The position numbers were made by a program, and so were the translations under genes. Shown piece by piece: positions 1-7,988 of a stretch of DNA of 64,000 nucleotides. Each line of letters begins with the position of its first letter. The first letter of the stretch is position 1. The notes under the pieces are model-generated. The model had not been told where the DNA came from and made no database searches. It saw only the letters and a list, made by a program, of their open reading frames with translations. The DNA is from an uncultured Actinomycetota bacterium (GTDB taxonomy: Bacteria > Actinomycetota > Actinomycetes > JAHEKZ01), in the NCBI GenBank assembly GCA_963829525.1, contig CAWHIJ010000003.1, positions 64,001 to 128,000 on the forward strand, in the 5' to 3' direction.

Positions 1-61
1 GGTTTTCGCTCCGAAGTTGGACGCCGATCAGCTGCGCAGACCGATTCAATGCCGGGCGACG

Positions 62-1084
62 TCAGTGGTGTTGCGGCAACACTGTCTCGATGGTGACCGG
101 TAGCGAGGCGACGGCCCCCTCAGCGGCAGCGGCATCGGCAGCAGCCCCCTCAGCGGCAGCGGCAGCGGCAGCGGCAGCAGCCACCCCGTCACCGGCCACA
201 CCCGCCACCGGGCGGGGCACCGCGACCACCGGGGCGTCGTCCGGCACCTGGCGCTTGACCAGCCCCAGGGCCACCGGTCCCAGCTCGTAGTGCTGCACCA
301 CGGTGCCGACGAACCCCACCGTCCGGCCACCGAACGCGAGCGCGTCACCGCGCTCAGGCAGCCGGTCATCGCTGCCGTCGAGGTGCAGACGCACCAGCCG
401 CCGCGGAGGCTTACCGAGGTTGTGCACGCGCGCCACCGTCTCCTGTCCGCGGTAGCAGCCCTTCTCCAGGTGCACGGCGAGACCGATCCAGTTCACCTCG
501 GCCGCGATCGTGCGGTGGTCGGTGTCGAACCCGAGCCGTGGGCGTCCCGCAGCAACGCGCAGCGCCTCGAACGCCCAAGTCCCGGCCGCCTTGCCGGCCA
601 TCGATGCAATGTCCTCACGCGGAACGAACGCGTACGAGTCGCTACCGTCCATGCCGGATGCCCCCGGCCGCCAGACCACGCCAAGGTCGTCGCGCACACG
701 CACCTCGACCTTGCTCCAGAAGACCATCTTCTGCAGGTAGTCCAGCAACACGTCGGCTGTGCCCGGCTCGATGTGCGCCAACACCCGCTCGCCATCGTCG
801 ACGAGGTCGAGGTGGTGTTCGACGCGACCGTTGGCGTCGAGGATCAGCGCCTCCGTCCACTGGCCGGGTGGCAGCGCCGACACGTGCTGCGACGTCAGGG
901 TGTGCAGCCACGACAGCCGGTCCTCACCAGCCACCTCGATCACGGGGCGGTGCGAGAGGTCGACGAACCCCTCACCGCGGTCGAGCATGCGCTGCTCACC
1001 GAGCGGGTCACCGTAGTGCCAGGGGACGCCGGCGTCGGGTGATCCCTCAGGTGGCGCTACCGCTGTCTGGGTTTGGGACACCAT
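62..1084 (-). CDS. ygfZ: YgfZ/GcvT family folate-binding protein (Fe-S cluster repair)
   Basis: KGCYRGQE signature and GcvT-like N-terminus; ATG at 1084 overlaps the upstream TGA; contains an Ala-rich insert near the C-terminus. Confidence 0.9.
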   Translation of the reverse strand: MVSQTQTAVAPPEGSPDAGVPWHYGDPLGEQRMLDRGEGFVDLSHRPVIEVAGEDRLSWLHTLTSQHVSALPPGQWTEALILDANGRVEHHLDLVDDGERVLAHIEPGTADVLLDYLQKMVFWSKVEVRVRDDLGVVWRPGASGMDGSDSYAFVPREDIASMAGKAAGTWAFEALRVAAGRPRLGFDTDHRTIAAEVNWIGLAVHLEKGCYRGQETVARVHNLGKPPRRLVRLHLDGSDDRLPERGDALAFGGRTVGFVGTVVQHYELGPVALGLVKRQVPDDAPVVAVPRPVAGVAGDGVAAAAAAAAAAEGAAADAAAAEGAVASLPVTIETVLPQHH

Positions 1085-1578
1085 CACTCCTGCTCGTTTG
1101 CGGCGGGCTCACGGCGGACGCCTGGGACGGACTCGCCGGTGACGCCCGAGGCGGCGCCCACAGCTGCAGCGCAGCCCGCACACCTACCGTGCATCGCGAC
1201 ATGGGCCACATTCACCTCGAACCCGTTGAGGTCCCGCAAACTTCCCATCATCGGTTCCACCGCCTCCGAGGGCACCGCGAGGATGTCCCCGCAGTCGGTA
1301 CAGACCAGGTGGACGTGGTCACTCTCGTCGGCCGGGTGGTAGGTGGGAGCGCGGTGCCCAAGGTGGGTGTGCGTGACGAGTCCGACCTCCTCGAGCAGGT
1401 CGAGCGTTCGGTACACCGTCGACAGGTTGACCGACGGTGTGGTCTCTTGCACGGCGCCCGCGATCTCGTCCGGCGTCCCATGACCGAGGCGACGCACAGC
1501 GTCCAGAACCAGCTGTCGCTGCGGCGTCAGGCGGTAGCCGCGCGAACGCAGCTCGGCCTGCCAGTCGCCGGCGGTCAC
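1084..1578 (-). CDS. nur: Fur-family nickel-responsive regulator Nur
   Basis: DWQAELRSRGYRLTPQRQLVL...STVYRTLDLLEEVGLVTHTHLGH...HVHLVCTDC closely resembles Streptomyces Nur; located between nitrobindin and ygfZ; GTG at 1578 overlaps the upstream stop. Confidence 0.85.
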   Translation of the reverse strand: MTAGDWQAELRSRGYRLTPQRQLVLDAVRRLGHGTPDEIAGAVQETTPSVNLSTVYRTLDLLEEVGLVTHTHLGHRAPTYHPADESDHVHLVCTDCGDILAVPSEAVEPMMGSLRDLNGFEVNVAHVAMHGRCAGCAAAVGAASGVTGESVPGVRREPAANEQE

Positions 1579-2078
1579 TCCGCTCGTTCCGCGCGCGCCA
1601 ACCGGGCCGACAGGTGCGGCTGCAGCGGCTCGCCCATCGCCGCCATGTCGAAGGCCCACATCAAGTCACCCTCTACGAGGCCGTAGAGGCGGTGGCCGGC
1701 GGTGTACTCCTTCGCCGTCGAAGTGCGCGCCACGAGGTCGGTGTGGAGCTCGATCCGCGGGCCGTCGACCTTGCCCTCCCATATCTCGGAGAACCCGGTG
1801 GGGTGCGACAGCAGCATCTCCAGTCGTCCATCGGGCTGCGGTCGCCAGAATCCGGTTTCGGTAGCGAGCGGACGAACACGTGCACCCTCGGCGTCCAGCA
1901 ACCAGCTACGTGAGCGGTAGATGAGGAACGGCTTGCCGTTCTGCTCGAAGCTGACCTCCTGCGCGAAGCGGAAGTCGTCGATCGTGGGGTAGCCCCCGAC
2001 GCCCTCGCCCGACCAGGTGCCCAGCAACCAAGCGACCGGTGCGCACGCCGGCGCGAGATCAGCCGGGATCTCGAACAC
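1575..2078 (-). CDS. FABP/nitrobindin-like heme-binding beta-barrel protein (Rv0813c-like)
   Basis: WLLGTWSGEGVGGYPTI, ETGFWR, RLYGLVEGDL and PHLSARL motifs. Confidence 0.9.
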   Translation of the reverse strand: MFEIPADLAPACAPVAWLLGTWSGEGVGGYPTIDDFRFAQEVSFEQNGKPFLIYRSRSWLLDAEGARVRPLATETGFWRPQPDGRLEMLLSHPTGFSEIWEGKVDGPRIELHTDLVARTSTAKEYTAGHRLYGLVEGDLMWAFDMAAMGEPLQPHLSARLARAERAE

Positions 2079-2087
2079 GGTCCGGGC

Positions 2088-2189
2088 CTAGCCCTGACCC
2101 TTGTAGAGCTTGTAGACGACGTAGAAGGAGAACCAGGCGATGAGGATCGACACGGCGACCAGCAGACCGGTGTACACGACTTCAAGCAT
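2088..2189 (-). CDS. mtfM: 33-aa small membrane protein (MtfM-like), below ORF-track cutoff
   Basis: Manual translation MLEVVYTGLLVAVSILIAWFSFYVVYKLYKGQG*; single hydrophobic helix, GC-rich third positions, directly upstream of the nitrobindin gene. Family name is from recall. Confidence 0.75.
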   Translation of the reverse strand: MLEVVYTGLLVAVSILIAWFSFYVVYKLYKGQG

Positions 2190-2302
2190 GGGACCATCCT
2201 ACGGGGCGCAGCGGCGAGTCGGCTCGACCAGGACGGCCAAAGTGGGGCAGGACGAGAACGGTGACGGCCCGACCAGGACAGCCAGGACGGAGCAGTGACG
2301 CG

Positions 2303-2977
2303 GTGAGCGAGCAGTTCGATCACGAGACCGAACAGATCCTCGGTGTCGACAGCCGGAGCGCGGGCATCGATGACAGCTCCGATGACAGCCGCAACGCGAG
2401 CTCCGGCGTCGGCTCAGGTGACACCTCCAGCGTCGGCTCAGGTGACACCTCCAGCGTCGGCTCAGGTGACACCTCCGGCGTCGACCACGCAGCCCTGCGC
2501 GAGGCCGAGCACCAAGCCCACAAAGTCGCCGGCGCCATATACGGCACGATCCTGGCAACCACCGTGGTGGCCGCTATCGGGCCAGGGCCAGAAGAGCTGA
2601 GCCGATCACTCGCTGTCGTCCTCGTCACCTCTGCGGTCTTCTATGCGGCGCACGTCTACTCAGTAGCGGTCGGCGCGCGCATGGTGGCGCGACGTCATCT
2701 CACCGGCTCCGAGGTAGCCGGCATCGCTGCTGCTGAGTGGCCCATGCTGCAGTCGTCATGGCCCGTGGCGGTGCCGCTGCTCCTTGGCAAGCTTGGCTGG
2801 ATCCCTGCAGAAGCGGCCACCGACGTCGCCATGGTGGTCGGGATCGGTGCGCTCTTCGTCTATGGAGTACTGCTGGGTGTCCGCGAAGGACGCGGCTGGC
2901 TGAGCGTCGTCGTCAACGCGCTCGTCGTCGGCTCGTTTGGCGTCCTGATCCTGCTGCTGAAGATCGTTGTCCACTGA
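2303..2977 (+). CDS. hypothetical integral membrane protein
   Basis: GAIYGTILATTVVAA plus about 5 hydrophobic segments; acidic/Ser repeat N-terminus; start codon uncertain. Confidence 0.7.
   Translation: MSEQFDHETEQILGVDSRSAGIDDSSDDSRNASSGVGSGDTSSVGSGDTSSVGSGDTSGVDHAALREAEHQAHKVAGAIYGTILATTVVAAIGPGPEELSRSLAVVLVTSAVFYAAHVYSVAVGARMVARRHLTGSEVAGIAAAEWPMLQSSWPVAVPLLLGKLGWIPAEAATDVAMVVGIGALFVYGVLLGVREGRGWLSVVVNALVVGSFGVLILLLKIVVH
2401..2482 (+). repeat. 24-bp in-frame tandem repeat (about 3.4 copies)
   Basis: CTCC(G/A)GCGTCGGCTCAGGTGACAC repeated; encodes S(S/G)VGSGDT. Confidence 0.9.
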
Positions 2978-3060
2978 GCCATCCAGGACCGCCGCGTCCC
3001 GCCCGCCGCGCATGCCCAACGAGCATCACCCAGGGAGCCACTTCTACTAGCCGAATGTCG

Positions 3061-3819
3061 CTACCTGCGTCGAAGCTCGGCGTGCCGCACCAAGACGTCG
3101 GCGACCTGACTTCGGTACTCCGGTGTGGTCGACGGCGGCAGCTCGACGGTGACTGCGGTCTGCTTGGGAAACTCCCGATTGAACCAGGACGTCATGGTTC
3201 CGCCGCCGGTCACCTGGATGTTCGAAACCGGCAAGTCAAGGTTGCGCGCGAGCCACCGTGTCACCTCCACGTCCCCTCCAGAGGTGTCGACGGAGGAGAG
3301 CGGCTGGTGGATCGAGATGACCGTCTGAGGCCTGACCCGGCTGAAGAACCGCACCATCGCGCGCGTCTCGGGCTCACTGGCTGGTCTTGGTCCCGAGTAG
3401 TAACGCGTCCCCTCACCGTGGCGTACCCACGTGCGGCTGGGAAAGTTGCGGTTGAGGTCGACCGATCTCGCGTTCACGCGCGTTCGACGAATGCGGCCGT
3501 CTGGGTTCATCGTTGGTACGAGCCACAACGCGACATCAGGAATCGGATCGGTCGTGAGCAACCGGTTCAGCACCACCAGCGGGCCAGCAGGCTCGTCGCC
3601 GTGCATCTGACCCATGACGACATAGCGGTTACGCGCCTGCCTGTCGCCGATCAAGAACGCCCGGATCGGACGTCCCGCCGTCGAGTGACCGACGACCTTC
3701 TTGATGGGTCCGTCGACTGCGCTGGCTGTCCCGGGGAGCAGCAGCCCACCTAACGCTCCCGCGGACGCGACGGCAGCACCGGCTACGCCTGCGCGCGCGA
3801 GAAAGGTGCGCCGGTCCAT
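3061..3819 (-). CDS. Tat-exported M14 zinc carboxypeptidase (MpaA-like murein peptide amidase)
   Basis: Twin-Arg signal MDRRTFL; HGDE, NPDG, DLNRNF, SIHQ and VELP motifs. Confidence 0.85.
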   Translation of the reverse strand: MDRRTFLARAGVAGAAVASAGALGGLLLPGTASAVDGPIKKVVGHSTAGRPIRAFLIGDRQARNRYVVMGQMHGDEPAGPLVVLNRLLTTDPIPDVALWLVPTMNPDGRIRRTRVNARSVDLNRNFPSRTWVRHGEGTRYYSGPRPASEPETRAMVRFFSRVRPQTVISIHQPLSSVDTSGGDVEVTRWLARNLDLPVSNIQVTGGGTMTSWFNREFPKQTAVTVELPPSTTPEYRSQVADVLVRHAELRRR

Positions 3820-3984
3820 GGGTTCCATGGGTTGCAGTATCGGCACGAACCGTCGTGGACTGTCGAACCGGCGTAGCGATGGTTTCGTGGCCTCCACTGC
3901 CGTCGCCGCTGCCGTCGTCTACCAGCGCCATGGTGCTCGGTCGCTCGGGACGGGCCATGTGGCGGATTCCCTGCGGTGGCAGGT

Positions 3985-4093
3985 AGCAGCGTCCGACCCC
4001 GGGCGGAGTAGCGTCCGACCCCGGGCGGAGCAGCGTCCGACCCCGGGCGGAGCAGCGTCCGACCCCGGGCGGAGCAGCGTCCGACCCCGGGCG
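3985..4093 (+). repeat. 22-bp tandem repeat, about 5 copies, no spacers
   Basis: AG(C/T)AGCGTCCGACCCCGGGCGG starting at 3985, 4007, 4029, 4051 and 4073. Confidence 0.95.
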
Positions 4094-4271
4094 CGTGGAT
4101 GCCGCACGTCGAGGACGCCGTTCCACCACTTGCGCGCTGACCGTCCAGAACCGCTGGGATTCGGCCCCCACCCACAGACCCGCCCGCGAAGACCGGCGGG
4201 AATCCTCCACTGGCGGATTTCCTGCGTTCCAGAGCCGGGCAGAGGCCGAAAACCGCAGGGAACCCGCCACT

Positions 4272-4317
4272 CGAGAATTGTCCACAGCATCGGCCGAGAA
4301 TTGTTCACAGCATCGGC
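4272..4317 (+). promoter_or_regulatory. 23-bp direct repeat, each unit carrying a DnaA box
   Basis: CGAGAATTGT(C/T)CACAGCATCGGC x2; TTGTCCACA at 4278-4286 is the actinobacterial DnaA consensus and TTGTTCACA at 4301-4309 has one mismatch. Confidence 0.6.
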
Positions 4318-4385
4318 GGACGCAGGGAGTCCCCAGATCGGTTGCCGCGTGCCCGCACCCTGCCGGACGCCGCGACCCTTCGTTC

Positions 4386-5492
4386 ATGCCCCGTCCGCTC
4401 CCCGCCCCAGTGCTCGCCGCCATCGCGGCACGACACGGAGTGATCACGCGCCAACACCTGCTGAGCCTCGGAGCCAGCGAGAGGAACATCGGCACCTGGG
4501 TGCGACGCGGCCAACTGCGACGACTGTCCGTCGGATGCTTCGTGGAGTCCGCCCAGTGGGAACGCGCGGCACCCACCTTGCGGCACACCATGCACGTCTA
4601 CGGAATCCAACTGAACTGTCCCGACGTCGTGGCCCGATGTGCGACGTCAGCCGTTACCTGGCGGTTGCCGGTCCGCAGCATCCCCGACCGGCCACAGGTG
4701 GTCCGCGCCCCGAACCGTGCACACCTGACCAGCGCGTCCGTGCAACGGCGGCACCTAGATCCCGGCCACGCCGTCACCCGACGTGGGCTCACGACGTTGA
4801 CACTGGCGCACACCGTGGTCGACGTCGCCGCTGTCGCCTCCCTTCCTGATGCGCTGATCACCGTGGACGCGGCACTCCGTGGTGGCCTCCGGCTCACCGA
4901 CCTCGACGCTGCGCTCCGCTCGCGAGGCACCTTCACCGGCTGCAGCAACGCCGCAGCCGCCATCGATGCCGGCGATCCGGCGTCGGAGTCCCCTCTCGAG
5001 TCGCTCTCCCGAGGACGCGTCATCGAGCGCCGGCTTCCACTTCCCTTGTGCAACATCGTGATCAAGCACCAGGGGAGGGAAGCGCGCGTCGACAAGCTGT
5101 GGGCCGAGGACGGTGTCGTCGGCGAGGCCGACGGCAAGTCCAAGTACTCCGAGGACGACGCCCCCACGGTGATCTGGAAAGAGAAGCGCCGACACGAGTG
5201 GCTGGAAGAGTTGGGTTTCGCTGTCCCCCGCTGGGGAATGCCCGAGGTCGGCGACGACGGCGCTGCCCTCGAGCGCCGCTACCGGAAGGCGGCGGCTACG
5301 CAGCGGGCGGTGGGATTCCGGTGGCCCGATGCGGTGACCATGGAGGTGCCACGGCTACCTGGCGTCGAGCTGCCAGCCCGCGTGCTGGCTGAGGTGAAGC
5401 GCCTGGCGGCGTCCGGCTACCCGATCGGCATCGTGGACGCGCGCCGGCGTCCTGGCGGATTTCCTGCGCTTTGGACGCCGGTGAGCGCCTGA
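4386..5492 (+). CDS. AbiEi-type wHTH protein fused to a DUF559/Vsr-like PD-(D/E)xK nuclease domain
   Basis: N-terminal HGVITRQHLLSLG...VRRGQLRRL (AbiEi wHTH); middle HTVVDVA...VDAALR; C-terminal SESPLESLSR...RVDKLW...VVGEADGKSKY...EKRRHEWLEELGF. Confidence 0.85.
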   Translation: MPRPLPAPVLAAIAARHGVITRQHLLSLGASERNIGTWVRRGQLRRLSVGCFVESAQWERAAPTLRHTMHVYGIQLNCPDVVARCATSAVTWRLPVRSIPDRPQVVRAPNRAHLTSASVQRRHLDPGHAVTRRGLTTLTLAHTVVDVAAVASLPDALITVDAALRGGLRLTDLDAALRSRGTFTGCSNAAAAIDAGDPASESPLESLSRGRVIERRLPLPLCNIVIKHQGREARVDKLWAEDGVVGEADGKSKYSEDDAPTVIWKEKRRHEWLEELGFAVPRWGMPEVGDDGAALERRYRKAAATQRAVGFRWPDAVTMEVPRLPGVELPARVLAEVKRLAASGYPIGIVDARRRPGGFPALWTPVSA

Positions 5493-5529
5493 AACCGCAA
5501 GGAATCCCCCACTGGCGGATTCCTTGCGG
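5453..5529. repeat. right cluster of the same 17-bp REP-like repeats
   Basis: Copies at 5453-5468(+), 5495-5511(-), 5513-5529(+); the last two form a hairpin with a perfect 13-bp stem CCGCAAGGAATCC/GGATTCCTTGCGG. Confidence 0.85.
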
Positions 5530-5569
5530 CCAGACCCAATGGACCACGACCGATGGCCGCCCGTGTGCG

Positions 5570-5863
5570 TCAGACGGTGATCGCGAGGTCGGCGACCTCG
5601 CCAAGCTCAGCATGCACCGCACGGTCGACCGACGTCCCTGGCGCGAGCACCCGCACCGTCCAGGCGCCGGGAGCCGCGAAGAAGCGGAACTGACCCGTTG
5701 CCGACGTCGGCACCTCGGCGGTGAACTCGCCGCTGCCGTCGAGCAGCCGGACGTACGCCGGCGACACCGGTTCACCGCCACGCGAGACGACGCCCTGGAT
5801 CACCGCCTCCTTGGTGGCGTCAACGCCGGTGATGTCTGGTCCTCCTGCGATGGCTCCGCACAT
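5570..5863 (-). CDS. sseC: DUF1416 protein (SseC-like)
   Basis: MCGA...AYVRLLDGSGEFTAEV...GQFRFFAAPG; downstream of the rhodanese gene. Confidence 0.9.
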   Translation of the reverse strand: MCGAIAGGPDITGVDATKEAVIQGVVSRGGEPVSPAYVRLLDGSGEFTAEVPTSATGQFRFFAAPGAWTVRVLAPGTSVDRAVHAELGEVADLAITV

Positions 5864-5874
5864 GTGACTCCCCC

Positions 5875-6714
5875 CTAGGATCTGTCGCCGAGCTCGATCG
5901 GCACCCCGACCAGCGAGCCGTACTCGGTCCATGAACCGTCGTAGTTCTTCACGTTTTCGACACCGAGCAGCTCATGAAGCACGAACCACGTGTGCGCCGA
6001 ACGCTCACCGATGCGGCAGTAGGCGATCGTGTCTCTTTCAAGGTCGACCCCGGCGCCGACGTACAACGCAGTGAGGTCGTCGTCGGACTTAAAGGTGCCG
6101 TCGTCGTTGGCCGCCTTCGACCACGGGATGTTCTTCGCGGTGGGTATGTGACCCGGCCGCTGCGACTGCTCCTGCGGCAGGTGCGCCGGCGCCAACAGGC
6201 GTCCGGCGTACTCGTCGGGTGAGCGGACGTCGACGAGGTTCTGCTCGCCGATCGCCTCGAGGACGTCGTCGCGGAAAGCACGGATCGTTGTGTCCTGCTC
6301 CTGCGCCGTGTACTTCGATGACGGACGCTTGATCACCTCGGTCGTCAGCTCGCGGGAGTCCAGCTCCCACTTCTTGCGGCCACCGTCGAGCAGCTTGACC
6401 GACGCGTGCCCGTACAGCGTGAAGTACCAGTACGCGTAGGACGCGAACCAGTTGTTGTTGCCGCCGTAGAGGACGACGGTGTGGTCGTTGCTGATGCCAC
6501 GCTCAGAGAGCAGCGCCTCGAACGCCGGACGGTCGACGAAGTCGCGCTTGACCGGGTCCTGCAGGTCGGTCTTCCAGTCGAGCCGGACCGCGCCGCGGAT
6601 GTGACCCTTCTCGTACGCGGACGTGTCTTCGTCGACCTCGACGAGGACGACGGACGGATCGTCGAGGTGTGCCTCGACCCAGTCTGCGTCGACGAGTACT
6701 TCGGTGCGGCTCAT
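5875..6714 (-). CDS. cysA: thiosulfate sulfurtransferase (tandem rhodanese, CysA2/CysA3-like)
   Basis: GHIRGAV, YCRIGERS active-site loop, NYDGSWTEY signature. Confidence 0.95.
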   Translation of the reverse strand: MSRTEVLVDADWVEAHLDDPSVVLVEVDEDTSAYEKGHIRGAVRLDWKTDLQDPVKRDFVDRPAFEALLSERGISNDHTVVLYGGNNNWFASYAYWYFTLYGHASVKLLDGGRKKWELDSRELTTEVIKRPSSKYTAQEQDTTIRAFRDDVLEAIGEQNLVDVRSPDEYAGRLLAPAHLPQEQSQRPGHIPTAKNIPWSKAANDDGTFKSDDDLTALYVGAGVDLERDTIAYCRIGERSAHTWFVLHELLGVENVKNYDGSWTEYGSLVGVPIELGDRS

Positions 6715-7169
6715 GCGGCTGCCTCCTCGGCAAGTGGTGAAGGGGACGTGACGGCCGCAGTGCGCGACGGCAGCAGGCGGCGTCCGATCAGGTACATCTC
6801 GCAGCCGAGGCAGAATCGGAAAGCTGCGTTGAGGAACGCTGCAGCCAGCGCGAGACCGACGGCGACCAGTCCGACCGTCGACGCTCCGAAAGCCAACGCC
6901 AGCGTGCCAACAAGACCGAAAGCGAAGCCGACGCCCTGGGCGAACCGCGGTGGGGTCGGTGACTCCAGATCGTTCGGCGGCCCAAGACGCGGGCGTACGA
7001 CGCGTCGGTACAGGACGCCGTACGGGCTGCGCTGCACTCCGGCGAAGGCGCCGATCGCGAAGACGACGGTCTGCGCCGCGAGCAGCCACGCACTTCCAGT
7101 CAGCAGCACAACGGCGAGGACGCCGGTGGTCAGAGCCGCGGCGAAGCGCGGTCCACGTGCATCAATCAC
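6711..7169 (-). CDS. DUF4395 membrane protein
   Basis: IDARGPRF...PPRFAQGVG...FLNAAFRFCLGCEMY; GGAGA RBS 5 nt before GTG at 7169. Confidence 0.9.
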   Translation of the reverse strand: MIDARGPRFAAALTTGVLAVVLLTGSAWLLAAQTVVFAIGAFAGVQRSPYGVLYRRVVRPRLGPPNDLESPTPPRFAQGVGFAFGLVGTLALAFGASTVGLVAVGLALAAAFLNAAFRFCLGCEMYLIGRRLLPSRTAAVTSPSPLAEEAAA

Positions 7170-7279
7170 GGTGATCTCCGTAAAGGTCTTGTGGGGGAGC
7201 AGACGGCCGACGCCTTTGGAGGCGTCCAGCCCGGTGCCACGCGGCATCGAACGAGCCGGGGCGTGCGGTCAGCGACCGG

Positions 7280-7372
7280 TCAGGAGCCGCAACACAAGCA
7301 GCCGGCGATGCGGCAGAGGTCGACAGCGCGTCGCTGGGTGAGCCCCCACGCGCGGGGAGTGTGACCGGACAT
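7280..7372 (-). CDS. Cys-rich leader peptide (Ms5788A-like attenuator sORF)
   Basis: Manual translation MSGHTPRAWGLTQRRAVDLCRIAGCLCCGS*; RRAVDLCR..CxCC motif; TACGCT -10 box 7 nt upstream, implying a leaderless transcript. Confidence 0.85.
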   Translation of the reverse strand: MSGHTPRAWGLTQRRAVDLCRIAGCLCCGS

Positions 7373-7428
7373 AGCCGCGAGCGTAGGCAGGGGCCAAGTC
7401 AGGCGCACCTTGGTCTCAGATAGTGAGA

Positions 7429-7928
7429 TCACGTCTCACTTCCCGGACGATGCGAGGCTGCCGCGCCGCCCAGGGCGCCGATCGCAGCGATCACGTCGGC
7501 CTTGCGGGGCTGCCCGACCGCTCGCTGGGTGACTGCACCTGCGGGGTCCAGGACGAAGACGGTCGGCGTCCGCATCACGTCCCACTGCCGAACGAGGTCG
7601 AGGTGCGCCTCAGCGTCGACCTCAACGGCGACCACGCCGTCAACGATCTCGGCGACCTCGGAGAGGACTCGTCGAGTGGCGCGGCAGGGCTGGCAGAACG
7701 CGGTGGAGAACTGGATGAGGGATGCCCGCTCCCCAGCTCGATCCCGAGGTCGGACGCCGGAAAGACCGGCCCTGGCCGTTGCGCCGCTGCTGCCGATGCC
7801 GGATCGGACGCCGTTGGCGCCACGGCAGGGACGGCGCGAAGGCGACCGTCGGTGCGACGCCGCCATAGCCCGAACGTGGTGGCCACGACGAGCACGACCA
7901 CGAGCACTATCAGACCGACGTTGTCCAC
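7429..7928 (-). CDS. membrane-anchored thioredoxin (ThiX/Rv0816c-like), frameshifted
   Basis: N-terminal TM in ORF 7575..7928 and QFSTAFCQPC domain in ORF 7429..8064; one extra G in the 4-G run at 7731-7734 joins them (IELG|ERAS). Confidence 0.85.
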
Positions 7929-7988
7929 GCCGTTTCCAGCACTCGTGCGGGCAGCGGCATTCCCGCCCGCAGCTCCCGAAGGCCCACG

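Larger units (their letters stand above)
3960..4335. repeat. left cluster of 17-bp REP-like repeats (consensus TGGCGGATTYCYTGCGG)
   Basis: Copies at 3960-3976(+), 4151-4167(-, degenerate), 4193-4209(-), 4211-4226(+), 4253-4269(-), 4321-4335(-, degenerate). Confidence 0.8.

Noticed and set aside
3985-4093. CRISPR array
   Set aside because: The repeats are contiguous with no spacers and there are no cas genes in the window.
4272-4317. Chromosomal oriC
   Set aside because: Only two boxes, no AT-rich unwinding element and no dnaA/dnaN.
4386-5492. Complete type IV (AbiE) toxin-antitoxin pair or IS element
   Set aside because: No AbiEii nucleotidyltransferase is adjacent; no DDE or HUH motif; no target-site duplication was recognised.
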